Positions 32,814-54,324 of a DNA stretch of 58,622 nt are shown in pieces. Location of the stretch: NCBI GenBank assembly GCA_002269645.1, contig NIVC01001553.1:1-58622 (forward strand), written 5' to 3'. The translations under genes and the position numbers were made by a program. How positions within the stretch are numbered: the stretch's first letter is position 1; each line of letters begins with the position of its first letter. The notes beneath the pieces are model-generated. The model was not told the DNA's origin. It did no database searches and saw only the letters and a program-made list of their open reading frames with translations. This DNA is from Macrostomum lignano (Eukaryota).

Positions 32814-35800
32814 TCACTCGGCGTTCTGTCTGTGGCCGCCGGTCCCGCCGCTGCGGCCGTTGCTGCTCCGAGCGGAATCCGGAGGCCGCTCCTGCCGCAT
32901 GGCCACATAGGCGTCCCGGTCCAGGCTGGCCAGCTGGCGCGACAGCCCCGTGTCGGTCAGCCATCGGTTGAACCGCTGCTGCACAGCGTCGGTCAGCTGG
33001 CGACGCTGGCCGGGCGTTAGGCGGCACCGGCTGACCAGCTCCTGGAACTGGCGCTTCCTCTCCATGCGCTCCTGCGTTTGACCAGTCGGGTGCCGGATGC
33101 GTTCTCAGCCTCTCTCCCTCTCACCCATCAACCTCTCACCCTGGCATCAGCAGCCTCTCTCCCTCTCACCCATCAACCTCTCCCCCTGGCATCAGCAGCC
33201 TCCCATCATGGCATCATCAGCCTCTTCCCCTGGCATCAGCAGCCTCCCATCATGGCATCATCAGCCTCTCACCCTGGCATCATCAGCCTCCCATCATGGC
33301 ATCATCAGCCTCTCACCCTGGCATCATCAGCCTCTTCCCCTGGCATCAGCAGCCTCTCACCCTGGCATCATCAGCCTCTCACCCTGGCATCAGCAGCCTC
33401 TCACCCTGGCATCATCAGCCTCTCACCCTGGCATCAGCAGCCTCTCCCCCTTGCATCAGCAGCCTCTCACCTTGGCATCAGCAGCCTCTCACCCTGGCAT
33501 CATCAGCCTCTCACCCTGGCATCAGCAGCCTCTCACCCTGGCATCATCAGCCTCTCACCCTGGCATCAGCAGCCTCTCACCCTGGCATCAGCAGCCTCTC
33601 ACCCTCTCATCATGGCATCATCAGCCTCTCACCAGCATCTTCCCTGGATGCATCGGCCCATCACTCACCTGAACAGCCTCCTCATACTCCGGCGGCAGCT
33701 CTAAGCAGGTGATCTCGGAGTCTTCGCTTTCGCTAAACTGGAACGGCACCGACATCGGGAAGAAGTCGGCCGGGTGCATTGGCCGCCAGATGCTGGCCGC
33801 GGTGACGGAGTGGCCGTCGACAGCGGCACCCGTGAGCAGATGCGGCCTGTTGTACACTCCGGGCGCTAGTGACTTATTAAGCTTGCATAGTCTCAGACAG
33901 CGGCCCAGCTGCGGGAAGCTAGCATGATGAGGCGCCAGCAGAAGCGACTCGCAGCCGGGACCAATCACAGGCTGGTTGGGGGTCATCACGTGCAGGGTGC
34001 AGCGGACAGACCGGCTGACGCAGAGGCGGCGACAAGCGGCAACCACAACGCAGTCGGAACACTGGTCAACCAGCAGGGTGCCGGAGCAGGCACGAGCAGC
34101 ACCATAGAGCGGGCGCACTTGTGCAGAGAGGCGCTGCGCAGCGGAGTTAACAGGTAGAGCGCCGAGTCGCTGCACCGCCAAGCTAGGAGGCTGGCCTGCG
34201 GTATGGAGTGGAGAGGGAAGGAGAATAACAAGAGAACAACATTCAAACAGGCATTTCTACAGGTTATGAGCTTTGAACAATCATTTTTAGACACTGCCAA
34301 TCATATTCAACCAATCTTTCTACTCTAGTCTATGGTCAAAACACCGTCTATGGTCTATGGGACAGGCAGGGCATTGAATTTTAAAACGCAGAGGAATTAA
34401 GTTCAGACAAGTCATGCCCGATGAGCAAATAGAGCTGAAAAATCCACCAGACGAAATCAATCCACAGGATTGGCGCCGCGGCCAAGAGTGCAGTCTGGTC
34501 TGCTCACACACTGCGTTTCCTGCACCCCCCCCCTTGAAAACATCTGTGCATCATTATAAAATGCTAATTCACAAATATTTTCTAATGGTTCTGAATTTAA
34601 ACACAGAATTCAACTGCTCCTCGATGCATTAAATTCAATGCTCTCCCCGAACACAGTTTAGGCCATAGACAATCGTCGAAGCATGGATTGAATATGTTTG
34701 ATCGTGTCTTGAATTCAATGCTCTCCCCATACACAGTTTTGGCCATAGACAATCGTCGAAGCATGGATTGAATATGGTTGATCGTGTCTTGAATTCAATG
34801 CTCTCCCCATACACAGTTTTGGCCATAGACAATCGTTGAAGCATGGATTGAATATGTTTGATCGTGTCTTGAATTCAATGCTCTCCCCATACACAGTTTT
34901 GGCCATAGACAATCGTCGAAGCATGGATTGAATACGGTTGATGTGTCTTGAATTCAATGCTCTCCCCATACACAGTTTTAGCCATAGGCAATCGTCAAAA
35001 CATGGATTGAATATGGTTGGTCGTGTCTTGAATTCAATACTCTCCCCAAACACAGTCTAGGCCATAGACAATCGTCGAAGCATGGATTGAATACGGTTGA
35101 TGTGTCTTGAATTAAATGCTCTCCCCAAACACAGTCTAGGCCATAGACAATCGTCGAAGCATGGATTGAATATGGTTGATGCGTCTTGAATTCAATGCTC
35201 TCCCCAAACACAGTTTAGGCCATAGACAATCATCGAAGCATGGATTGAATATGGTTGATGCGTCTTGAATTCAATGCTCTCCCCAAACACAGTCTAGGCC
35301 ATAGACAATCGTCGAAGCATGGATTGAATATGGTTGATCGTGTCTTGAATTAATTACTCAAACTTCTCTTTAATAATATGAAAAATGCTACATTTATAAA
35401 ATATCTTATGCTTCACTTTTATGCCTCCTAATTGAAAGGGCTCAAGAACTATTCTCACCTGGTCGCAGGTGTGCCCGCCCGCTCGGCAGACAGTCTCCCT
35501 AGACACAGCATGCAATAGCACGAGTTTGTCAGATGGCGCAGCTGCTTTATCGGCGTTGCTGCAGACGCGGCCGCGCGGTTTTGGCGCGTCGCTGTGCAAC
35601 GGCCAGCAGATGCGGGTGGAGCTGGCCATCATGGCCTGGACGCCCAGCGGGTTCTGGCCCAGATTGGCTATGATCCACGTGGCAAGGGGCCGGCAAGCGA
35701 AGCTGCGAGTCACCTTGCTGTAGCCGCTGCTGGCCGCCATGCGTGGCTGGGCGCCCAGCTCCTGCGAGATGGACGGCGGGGAGCAGCCTGTGTTGCTGAT

Positions 35801-37489
35801 TGCAGATGCTAGGGAGCGGAGAGGCGGATTCCAGGGCTGAGGTATGGGAGCGGAGAGGCGGATTCCAGGGCTGAGGTATGGGAGCGGAGAGGCGGATTCC
35901 AGGGCTGAGGTATGGGAGCGGACAGGCGGATTCCAGAGCTGAGGTATGGGAGCGGACAGGCGGATTCCAGAGCTGAGGTATGGGAGCGGACAGGCGGATT
36001 CCAGGACACTGAGGTAGCGGAGAGGCGGATTCGAGGACACTGAGGTAGCGGAGAGGCGGATTCGAGGACACTGAGGTAGCGGAGAGGCGGATTCCAGGAC
36101 ACTGAGGTAGCGGAGAGGGAGGTTGAAAACTGACTGCTTGCAACCATGCCCGAAAGACTAATTGGTCCTAAAGAGACAAAGCTACTAGCAACTGCACTAC
36201 TGTAAGTAGCAAGTAAGTAAAAGAATAATAAAGGCGCAGTCAAACCTGAACAGTGCGCACAGTCCTGCCGCCATCGTCGGAGCCGGCCAGCAGGAGTCGG
36301 AGAGCGTCGGCTGCCTCGCGCGACAACTGCACATTGTCGCTGTAGGCATCCGACTCAGCTAGAAGGTCGAGAAGTTCGCGCAGATTCTCCTGCACAAAGG
36401 CGACGTGGGTCTGCTCGTCCTGGCACTTACCAGCGGCGGAGGCTGTCAGGGAGGCGGCCAGGCCGCCGCTGCCACCGCCGCCGAGGCTGCTCTCGCTGGC
36501 GTCACCCTCAGCTCGGGGCCATTCAGCGCTGGTTGTCTGGTGGCTGCGTACGTATGTATTAATAAAATAGTAATTATTATTAATAATAATTGATTACACC
36601 TGCCCTAATGTTCAGTCCAAAGACCGGGGGGGGGGCCCTCAATTACCCCAGCTAATGCTGGCACCCATTTTACAGCTGGGTGAGCTGAAGCAATGCAAAG
36701 TTAAGTGTCTTGCTTAAGGACACAAATTGTTCCGAGTGGGTCTGGAATCGAGCCTCCGACCTTTCAGTCACGAGTTCGACACTAGCCACTAGGCTTTAAC
36801 CCTTGTAAATTAGTAATTAATAGTCATTAAGACGAGACGAGAAATTTTAACATAGAAAAGATAGGGCCATAGTTACAATCAGTTTGCATGAAGGGGTTCG
36901 GGTTGCGCACTCTCTGTGCTTTGGAAACTTTTCTTGGAAATCTATGATCACATATTTGAAGAAATTATCGCTAGGCAACGCACCTCCGACGCAGATTAAT
37001 AGCATTAATCTTCTGCATATAGAGAAATATAACAAAGGTGAACAGGTCAACGCTCTGCTGATTGCGCACAGTCTCCTGGGCTGAGCTGCCGCCTCTGTTG
37101 GCCTCCTCGTGAAGGCGGCACTCCAGCTCGCTGAGCCGGTCCGGATTAGTGCCGCAGGTCATCATGCAGGCGTGGAACATCAGCCAGGCCACGTCCGAGC
37201 CGCTGGCCAGGTGCTCCGAGGCGAATAGTCGCCACACCGGGAAGGTGAGCTGCGGGAATCCGCTGGCGCCCTTGCTGCGGGCGTGCAGCACCAGTTTGCG
37301 CAGGTTTTTCGGCGTCAACCGCTGGCAGGGACTGACGGGGAACACGGCGAATGTCAGCGGCTCGAATCGGACCCAGAATGTTATGGAGGATTTGCCGCCA
37401 GTTGCCGTCAGCGTTGCCGAAGTTGACGAGGACGAGCGCGATCCGGAAGATGACGGCCGGCTGCCGCTGTACTGGAAGTTGGCCGACAT
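32814..37489 (-). CDS. TBCCD1: TBCC domain-containing protein 1
   Basis: Exons 37489-36984, 36543-36246, 35761-35459, 34195-33669, 33071-32814. Matches recalled TBCCD1 features: FWVRFEP, VDLFTFVIFLYMQKINAINLR, AEWP, HVAFVQENLRELL, SGYSKVTRSF..NP.G, C-CAP/TBCC beta-helix (LYLLTPLRSA..KC..), C-terminal QRFNRWLTDTG..QL.SL. One missing base near 34093. Confidence 0.9.
33105..33640. repeat. 22-bp minisatellite, TBCCD1 intron 4
   Basis: Unit GGCATCAKCAGCCTCTCACCCT. Confidence 0.93.
34632..35351. repeat. About 80-bp minisatellite, about 9 copies, TBCCD1 intron 3
   Basis: Unit TTCAATGCTCTCCCCATACACAGTTTTGGCCATAGACAATCGTCGAAGCATGGATTGAATATGGTTGATCGTGTCTTGAA. Confidence 0.95.
35812..36118. repeat. 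34-bp and 31-bp related minisatellite, TBCCD1 intron 2
   Basis: GGGAGCGGAGAGGCGGATTCCAGGGCTGAGGTAT grading into GAGGTAGCGGAGAGGCGGATTCGAGGACACT. Confidence 0.93.
36570..36797 (-). mobile_element. tRNA-derived SINE family A, internally deleted copy
   Basis: Matches 3728-4032 but lacks the roughly 65-bp segment between CTAATG and TTCAGTCC. Confidence 0.8.
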
Positions 37490-37584
37490 CCTGACTGTGC
37501 AAGGCGTCGGCTCGGAGCTGTCGGCTGAAGAGGCGGCAGGCAGTTTTGCTTGACTCAGCCTTGGTGGACAGTGAGACTGTCAAC

Positions 37585-38215
37585 TGTTCGGATCTATCCA
37601 CCCCCTGCTCAGATAGATCTATCCATCCGCTGCTCGGATCTATCCATACACTGCTCAGATAGATCTAACCACCCACTCACTGCTCAGATAGATCTAACCA
37701 CCCACTGCTCAGATATATCTATCCACCTGCTGCTCAGATCTATCCATACACTGCTCAGATAGATCTAACCACCCACTGCTCAGATAGATCTAACCACCCA
37801 CTCACTGCTCAGATAGATCTAACCACCCACTGCTCAGATAGATCTATCCATCCGCTGCTCGGATCTATCCATACACTGCTCAGATAGATCTAACCACCCA
37901 CTCACTGCTCAGATAGATCTAACCACCCACTGCTCAGATATATCTATCCACCTGCTGCTCAGATCTATCCATACACTGCTCAGATAGATCTAACCACCCA
38001 CTGCTCAGATAGATCTAACCACCCACTGCTCAGATAGATCTAACCACCCACTGCTCATGCTCAGATACATCAACCAGCTTTTCAGATCCATCTACCACCT
38101 ACTCAGATTGATCCCACACCTACTCAAATCGATCCCCCATCTACTCAGATCGATCCACCATCTACTCAGATCGATCCACCACCTACTCAGATCTATTCAC
38201 ACTCTACTCATAACT
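37585..38215. repeat. About 25-bp composite minisatellite with about 225-bp higher-order repeat, between ENTPD and TBCCD1
   Basis: Unit CTGCTCAGATAGATCTAACCACCCA; variant block ATCCATCCGC at 37621 and 37846. Confidence 0.9.
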
Positions 38216-38807
38216 GGTAAAGAAGGTTAAGGCAAAATGTAGTGCAATTCCAACAAGCACTCTAACAAATGCACGCCAAGCAAATACTTGATTGCGCAAC
38301 TCAAACGAAGCGAGGATTGTCGCTTTAATCTTTTAATAACATGCGCGTAACAGACTACTTAATAAATTCGCAGTTAATGCATTAATTATACATAAAATAT
38401 TTAAATAAGCACTAAAATAAAGCAAATAGAACTAATTGATTAGAACAATAAAATAGTTTAGTTAGTAACACATACGCTGTCTAACAGAGTTCAAAAGGCG
38501 CCTATGATATTATTAATAACATATTGGATCACAACACTGCATTTTATCTGTGCGTGTGAAACGCATTGGAAGACTGACTCAATAGAGTAGATATTAGGCA
38601 GTACCAGTTAAACACATGCGGCTGGTACAGTATTCTTCCAATGTAACGAAGAGAAAAATCAATTAGTGGAAGCAGGCAGTAGAGAGACTAGCGCTTAAAA
38701 GTGGGATCTCTGTCTATTGGGATATCTATTAATATAATATTATTTAGTCACAACAAAAGGCCGAAATGAAGAATGAATGAGATTGGGCTGGGTAAGGGCG
38801 GCCACCG

Positions 38808-46071
<7,264 letters not shown>

Positions 46072-46199
46072 TTTCGCTGCCGAGTTCGACTGACTCGGCG
46101 AATCAGCTCGACGAACTGGACTGCATTGGCGATATGAAGCAATGCATGTTAGCGTGCAGGTGGGAATGCGCTGTTTGCATGTAGAATGGGAACGATCTT

Positions 46200-47390
46200 A
46201 ACTGGGATTAGGGGGGACTCTGGGTGGGGATTGGGGATGATTCTGGGTGGGGATTAGGGATGATTCTGGGTGGGTATTAGGGATGATTCTGGATGGGGAT
46301 TGGGGATGATTCTGGTTGAGGATTAGGAATGATTCTGAATGGGATAATTCTAGACAGGGATTAGGGATGATTCTGGATGGGGATTGGGGATGATTCTGGT
46401 TGGGGATTGGGGATGATTCTGGCTGTGGATTGGGGATGATTCTGGTTGTGGATTGGGGATGATTCTGGATGGGGATTGGGGATGATTCTGGTTGTGGATT
46501 GGGGATGATTCTGGTTGTGGATTGGGGATGATTCTGGATGGGGATTGGGGATGATTCTGGTTGTGGATTGGGGATGATTCTGGTTGTGGATTGGGGATGA
46601 TTCTGGCTGTGGATTGGGGATGATTCTGGTTGTGGATTGGGGATGATTCTGGATGGGGATTGGGGATGATTCTGGTTGTGGATTGGGGATGATTTTGGTT
46701 GTGGATTGGGGATGATTCTGGTTGTGGATTGGGGATGATTCTGGCTGTGGATTGGGGATGATTCTGGTTGTGGATTGGGGATGATTCTGGCTGTGGATTG
46801 GGGATGATTCTGGATCGATTGGGGATGATTCTGGTTGTGGATTGGGGATTATTCTGTTCGGGGATTAGGGATGATGGCGATGCTGAATGGGGATTAATTA
46901 TGATTCTGGTTGTGGATTGGGGATGATTCTGGATGGGGATTGGGGATGATTCTGGATGGGGATTGGGGATGATTCTGGTTGGGGATTGGGGATGATTCTG
47001 GATGGGGATTGGGGATGATTCTGGTTGGGATTGGGGATGATTCTGGATGGGGATTGGGGATGATTCTGGATGGGGATTGGGGATGACTCTGGTTGGGGAT
47101 TGGGGATGATTCTGGCTGTGGATTGGGGATGATTCTGGTTGGGGATTGGGGATGATTCTGGTTGGGGATTAGGGATGATGGCGATGCTGAATGGGGATTG
47201 GCGATGATTCTGGTTGGGGATTAGGGATGATGCTGGATGGGGATTAAGGATGACTCTGGTTGGGGATTAGGGATGATGCTGGATGGGGATTAAGGATGAC
47301 TCTGGTTGGGGATTAGGGATGATGCTGGATGGGGATTAAGGATGACTCTGGTTGGGGATTAGGGATGATGCTGGATGGGGATTAGGGATT
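46200..47390. repeat. About 23-bp G-rich minisatellite upstream of the ENTPD main first exon
   Basis: Unit GATTGGGGATGATTCTGGTTGTG / ...GATGGG. Confidence 0.93.
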
Positions 47391-48417
47391 ACGAGTATTC
47401 TGGATAGTAATCATGGCCGAATTCAAGTCAGTAAGTCTGAAGACTTTAATGTCAATAGTTAAAAATTATTAGAAAAATTCAAACCAAGATTATAACAATT
47501 AAAAACAGAAGCTCACGATGATTTAGCTTAAGCCAGTCCAGTTAGCAAGTTCGTTTGAAAAAAGCTGACAAAGTATTCGTTACAACTCGCGAGGTACAGC
47601 CTCAGTTGCACCATGGATTTTATATATCACAGCCACTGGGACTGCTATGGACCCGGCACCCATCCAGCAATTTATATAGAACTCCGCTGCCGCAAGTGAG
47701 CTCAACTCAAAAAACCCCTCTAGCTACCCCACAGCTCAAACCCCCAACCGCCGCCTCGGTGTGGAGTCGAAGTGCCAAGCATTATAAATCGATTTTTTGG
47801 CCGATTTAGCAGCACCGATACAGGCTGGAGGGGGGGGGGTTAGAGAGTTGGGGAGAGAGAGTCAGACAGAAGTGAGACTTCAGCACGCATTGATACAGCT
47901 GCTTGGGGGCACAGCTGTCCAGTGCCGCGCGCGCACCGCTAAACACTGGTATGAACAATTTGAATTAAGCCAAGTGCGCTGCCTCACACACGTCAGCTAA
48001 GCCAAAATCTACGCTTTGCCACGTTGGAATCAGTTTGAATTTGAACTTGAATTTCTTTAAGCTAACTGCTCCTTGACTCCTTGATACGATTCGTATCGTA
48101 GACGGTTAGAATTTGTTAAAAAGCCGCAAATCAAAAGAAGTCAAAACCAATTGATAAATTGTTTAGAAAGCATTGCATCATATTAGTTAAAACTGTTGGC
48201 ACATTGAACTACTTACTAGACTAGTTAGTAGTATGGTGTGCGTATGTTTATCGCTTTTTGTCAATCTAGATTTCAAAAAATACCTCCTGAGCAGCGAAAC
48301 AACAGGCCGAACTTCTAAACAAAACAGGAAATAAAGAGGCACTGGTATAGACTCAGAAAAAAAGAAAGAAAACAATTAAAGCTACTCGTAGAAAAGCCAG
48401 GAAAAAAGCAAGCTCAC

Positions 48418-48455
48418 CTTATTTGACCCCACCTGGAAAAATCGCTGTCCGTCAT
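48418..48455 (-). CDS. Candidate upstream coding exon of the ENTPD gene (MTDSDFSRWGQI)
   Basis: Donor AG|GTGAGC at 48418/48417 is phase 2 and joins in frame to acceptor AATGCAG|T at 46120, reading through SPVRRADSPSQSNSAAK into the MRCRVK ATG. No homology support. Confidence 0.45.
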
Positions 48456-48682
48456 GTGGGTGGCCTGATGAACTGAGCTAAATGCCAGAGCGACGGAAAA
48501 GCTATGAGAGTACTTTTGTTTGAAAGCGCTGCTGCTGCAGTGGAATGCATGCGCTGGAATTGGTAGTTTATTTGCTTCATATCTAGCCTCTGCCACGAGA
48601 AGTACACGTGCGTACATGGCTAACAATATGATGCGCGTACACATTCTGAATCGTCTGTATTAATAGGAATTAATATTTAAAT

Positions 48683-50125
48683 CAGTGTGCACATTCCACA
48701 GGGCTGCTAATATTGAAGGACACATGGTACATCACTGTGCACATTCCACAGGGCTGCTAATATTGGGAGACACATGGTACATCAGTGTGTACATTCCAGA
48801 GGACAGCTAACAATGGGAGACACATGGTACATCAGTGTGTACATTCCAGAGGACAGCTAACAATGGGAGACACATGGTACATCAGTGTGTACATTCCAGA
48901 GGACAGCTAACAATGGGAGACACATGGTACATCAGTGTGTACATTCCAGAGGGCTGCTAACAATGGCAGACACATGGTACATCAGTGTGTACATTCCAGA
49001 GGGCTGCTAACTATGGCAGACACATGGTACATCAGTGTGTACATTCCAGAGGACAGCTAACAATGGGAGACACATGGTACATCAGTGTGTACATTCCAGA
49101 GGACAGCTAACAATGGGAGACACATGGTACAACAGTGTGTACATTCCAGAGGACAGCTAACAATGGGAGACACATGGTACATCAGTGTGTACATTCCAGA
49201 GGACAGCTAACAATGGGAGACACATGGTACATCAGTGTGTACATTCCAGAGGGCTGCTAACTATGGCAGACACATGTTACATCAGTGTGTACATTCCAGA
49301 GGGCTGCTAACTATGGCAGACACATGGTACATCGGTGTGTACATTCCAGAGGGCTGCTAACTATGGCAGACACATGTTACATCAGTGTGTACATTCCAGA
49401 GGGCTGCTAACTATGGCAGACACATGGTACATCAGTGTGTACATTCCAGGGGGCTGCTAACTATGGCAGACACATGGTACATCAGTGTGTACATTCCAGA
49501 GGGCTGCTAACTATGGCAGACACATGGTACATCGGTGTGTACATTCCAGAGGGCTGCTAACTATGGCAGACACATGTTACATCAGTGTGTACATTCCAGA
49601 GGGCTGCTAACTATGGCAGACACATGGTACATCAGTGTGTACATTCCAGAGGGCTGCTAACTATGGCAGACACATGTTACATCAGTGTGTACATTCCAGA
49701 GGGCTGCTAACTATGGCAGACACATGGTACATCGGTGTGTACATTCCAGAGGGCTTCTAACTATGGCAGACACATGGTACATCAGTGTGTACATTCCAGA
49801 GTGCAGCTAACAATGGGAGACACATGGTACATCAGTGTGTACATTCCAGAAGGCTGCTAACTATGTCAGACACATGGTACATCAGTGTGTACATTCCAGA
49901 GGGCTGCTAACTATGGCAGACACATGGTACATCGGTGTGTACATTCCAGAGGGCTGCTAACTATGGCAGACACATGGTACATCAGTGTGTACATTCCAGA
50001 GTGCAGCTAACAATGGGAGACACATGGTACATCAGTGTGTACATTCCAGAGGGCTGCTAACTATGTCAGACACATGGTACATCAGTGTGTACATTCCAGA
50101 GGATAGCTAACAATGGGAAACACAT
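48683..50125. repeat. 50-bp minisatellite, about 28 copies
   Basis: Unit CACATGGTACATCAGTGTGTACATTCCAGAGGGCTGCTAACTATGGCAGA with a GGACAGCTAACAATGGGAGA variant. Confidence 0.97.
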
Positions 50126-51059
50126 GTAAGTTCTAGGGTCAATGTCACAAATACGAAGATCTCTCGTAGAAAAATCGAGTCTGGGACCCGTCCTGTTGCT
50201 ACTACGCCTAACTGCCCACGATTTCGAAGTCAGAATTGAATACATTAAATAAGAAGACAGACAATACACAAACCCTGTAACCAAATGCTGTAAAACAGCT
50301 CTATCTAGAAGGTAAAATATTTTAATTAATGTCAGCAATGCACATATAGAAATTTGATTCGGAACGGCAATACGCACAATTCTATTAATAGCAGAATGGC
50401 ATGTCGTCAGTGCCAAGAGAATCATACTGTGTTACATTCATCAGAATATTAAAAATAATTGGCAACTGACTAAACAATAGACAGGCAACATAATGTACTT
50501 TTAATTGCAAACCAGTCAGGGCAGTCCTTGGCACGGCGGATCTGCCAGCTAATAATTTGCATACAAATAAAGTTTATTACTTTACCTAGTGAGTCATTAA
50601 AATTGCTTATTAAGTCAGAACTACACGGCGAAATTCTAGATGAATAGAAATCTGCGTTAATGTAAGACTATTATAAAAGAACTTTTCTCTCTAGCGAATG
50701 TACTATTATCTGTACTATAGATAAAATATTAAATATAGAAATTCATTCATTATTACAGCATTAAACAGACAATAGTTTGTATTCATGAAACAGAATCCGA
50801 ATAACGGTAAGCTACTCGTGTCATATCGAGCTTAGACAATGAATACAAGCTTGCTTAGCATTTCAAATTTTTATGACTAAATAAGAAACCTGGGCTTTCT
50901 CCGAGCAGTGCTATAAAGCAATGCAAAAGGACTAGTATCATCATCGCATTACTGAGCCCAAATATCATAATCATCTGTGAAGTAAGATAATTTAAAATTT
51001 AACTGTTGTATAGGTGAAAATGTCACAACACATTTCATCAGTCTGCCTAAGTATTATCA

Positions 51060-51420
51060 GAGGCAGGGGCTGTGCGCACCCTGGCGCACTTCAAGCGACA
51101 TTGTCACACAACCGGCGAGAGGCATTGCTGCCCATTCCGCCGACTCCCCTGAGCAGGCACACAAGCGCGCGGATACGTACGCAGTCATACGCACAGGCAC
51201 ACACTCACACAGGAGTGTACAGCGGCCCTAACTTTATTTATCGCTAGGCATGTACACTTCACTGTGCCTTGGGGGTTGGCCCTCAAGCTGGGCGTTAATT
51301 GCACGAGCAGAGCCAAGCCGAGATTCCAATTCAGCCCCAAATTCGTGTGACTGCACTTGGAATCGAGCCTGGGTCGCTGGCACATCAGAGCGCCGCGCCA
51401 GACCACTGCACTACGGCTCC
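51060..51420 (-). mobile_element. tRNA-derived SINE family B, longer copy; 3' boundary approximate
   Basis: A box TAGTGCAGTGG, B box GGCTCGATTCC; downstream domain homologous over about 100 bp to 2770-2868. Confidence 0.7.
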
Positions 51421-51859
51421 TGTATTTTTGTGTAACAGTCGCACTCTACGCTCGAAATAACTGGATGGGCCGCTCGGGCACACTGGCTGGCTGAAACAGT
51501 GTCTCTACTTTTAGCTCAGTAGCAAGGCGGGATGCGTCCTCTTTTTTATGATACTAAAATAGATTAATATTAATGTAACAGCCGTAATAACATTAGCCAT
51601 CCACAGCCACTGACAATGTACATGCTAGCTTTAGGCTGCAACACCGAGTAGGGCAATAAAAATCGAGCGGCTGGGGGAGAGTAAGAGGGCCAATAAATGA
51701 GTCTCGTCTTAAAAAATACACCAAAAATGCTTCTATTTAAACTGCCTACTGAACTGAAAGTAGCTTATGCGCAAATGTGCTGAGTGGCGTCCATTTCGGT
51801 TATTATTTACCTTAGCAGTAGCAGTTTCTAATTGATTTCTAGGTCTGTGCATACTTTTA

Positions 51860-54298
51860 TTAAGCGCCGTAGAAGAGCCTGGCAACCGGATAGCGAACGG
51901 CAAAGGCGAGCGCAGTGCAGGCGATTTGCAGAGCAAGCAGCAGCCTGGTTAACTTGGCCTCGTGCATCGGGCCGAACAGAACCAGAGCGGCGTTGATGAG
52001 GGTGAGGTTGGTCATGCTGGCCCGTTCTTCGCCGTCGTGCAGTTCAACTTTGCACGCGACCAGTCGCAGCGGCGCGAGAATCCTGCTAGCAACCAGGTAG
52101 CAGAGCCGGCCGAGCAGGCTGAGCCGGGCGGGACAGAATTCCACCGTGCTCGGCTGCAGCTGATCTTTGGCCGGGTCGAATCTGCATCAATTATTTTGGT
52201 TTTGTTGCCAGTCTGGACTGAATAAAGGTGTGTATTTGAGCCATTTTGATCGCTCAGATCCTTGATACTTCAAATTTATAAAGCCCTCAGGTTGCTAGGA
52301 TGGAAATACCGGTTGCTAGAATGCAAATACCGGTTGCTAGAATTGAAATACCGGTTGATAGAATGGAAATACCGGTTGCTAGAATGCAAATACCGGTTGC
52401 TAGAATTGAAATACCGGTTGATAGAATGGAAATACCGGTTGCTAGAATTGAAATACCGGTTGCGAGAATGAAAATACCGGTTGCTAGAATGGAAATACCG
52501 GTTGCGAGAATGAAAATACCGGTTGCTAGAATGGAAATACCGGTTGCGAGAATGAAAATACCGGTTGCTAGAATGGAAATACCGGTTGCTGGGTGGAAAT
52601 ACCGGTTGCTAGAATTGAAATGCCGGTTGCTGGGTGGAAATACCGGTTGCGAACATGGAAATATCGGTTGCTAGGATGGAAATACCGGTTGCTAGGAAGA
52701 AAATACTCCGGTTGGTAGGATGGAAATACTGGTTGCTAGAATGGAAATATCGGTAGCTAACATGGAAATACCGGTTGCTAGAATGGAAATACCGGTTGTT
52801 GGGTGGAAATACCGGTTGCTAGGATGAAAATACCGGTTACTAGGATGAAAATATCTGTTGCTAACATGGAAATACCGGTTGCTAGGATAGAAATACCGGT
52901 TGCTAACATGGAAATACCGGTTGCTAGGATTGAAATACCGGTTGCTAGAATGGAAATACCGGTTGCTAGGATTGAAATACCGGTTGCTCGGTTGCTAGGA
53001 TAGAAATACCGGTTGCTAACATGGAAATACCGGTTGCTAGGATTGAAATACCGGTTGCTAACATGGAAATAACGGTTGCTAGAATAAAAATATATCGGTT
53101 GCTAACATGGAAAAACCGGTTGCTAGGATGGAAATACCAGTTGCTAGAATGAAAATATCGGTAGCAAACATGGAAATACTGGTTGCTAGAATGGAAATAT
53201 CGGTAGCTAACATGGAAATACCGGTGGCTAGGATGGAAATACTGGTTGCTAACATGGAAATATCAGTTGCTAACGTGGAAATACCGGTTGCTAGAATAAT
53301 AGAAACCTAAGTTTCCAGGATGGTTGGAAATTCCGGTTGCTTTTGAGCAAAGCACCGGTTATGACAGATCGAAGCAAAGCCGAGACTAACCTGGGCAGGC
53401 GGTGCCTTGGACACGGCACCAGGCGGAACAGCTGCGGCATTGACAGGGCAAAATTGGCCACCTGAGGCAGCTGGAACAGCAGCAAAGTCTTGCTGTAGTG
53501 CCCGAGAATGCCAGCAACGGCGAACAGCATGCCGGAGAAATAGCAGAATGTATCGCCAACAAACACCTGGGCCGGGTAGCGATTGAATCTGTACAGCGCG
53601 GCGCACACACCAACATAGGGCAGCAGCAGGTGCAGCGACAGCCGGTGCCAGTAGGCGAACTCGCCGCCAGCCTCGAGAGCGTTAAAAACAACGAGGGAGC
53701 CGGCAATCAGCAAGCTCTGGCCGGATTCCAGGCCGTTAACTCCGGCATAGATATTAATAGCATTAGTGCAGAATACGGCCAGCATGCCCATGTAGGCGTA
53801 GTACAGCGGCCCAAGCTCGCAGCTCTCAACGCCTAGCAGAGGCCGAAGCGGTAGAGGCACAACAACCCGAGTCCAGCCGCGATTGACATAATACACCATC
53901 AACAGAGGCAGGGAGGCCACGCAGGGTAGCACTAGTTTTACTAGCCAGCGCAGATTCAATGCGTCATCGGCGAAGCCTAGAAATAGCATGCAACAGACGC
54001 AGAGCAATGCGGTGATGAATAGTACAAAATCGGCGTGCGGAAAGTCCACAGGATTGTTTAGCATAGCGTCGGCGAATGGCAGCGGAATGAAGGCGAATAG
54101 CAGGCAGAGATACACTGCGCCGGCCAGCACACCCTGCGCTTCCGGAATCACCCGGCCGTCCTTCTTGGCCATGTCCCGGCCAGACAGGCCGGCGTCCAGG
54201 AACAGCTGACGGCAGCGGGGCATCAGCCAGGTCAGGCTGGCGAATCCGACGGCGCACAGGCCGGCTGAGACGCCAATCAGCCAATCGGAGTAGGCCAT
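51860..54298 (-). CDS. DPAGT1: UDP-GlcNAc:dolichyl-phosphate GlcNAc-1-phosphate transferase (ALG7)
   Basis: Exons 54298-53391 and 52181-51860, intact frame. Motifs FADDAL, NAINIYAGVNGLESGQ, VFVGDTFCYFSG, CPRHRLPR, C-terminal NLTLIN..GPMHE..L..RY...LFY. Confidence 0.96.
52298..53300. repeat. 21-bp minisatellite filling the DPAGT1 intron
   Basis: Unit ATGGAAATACCGGTTGCTAGA. Confidence 0.95.
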
Positions 54299-54324
54299 GA
54301 ACAATCAACGGCAGTGTGGGAGGA

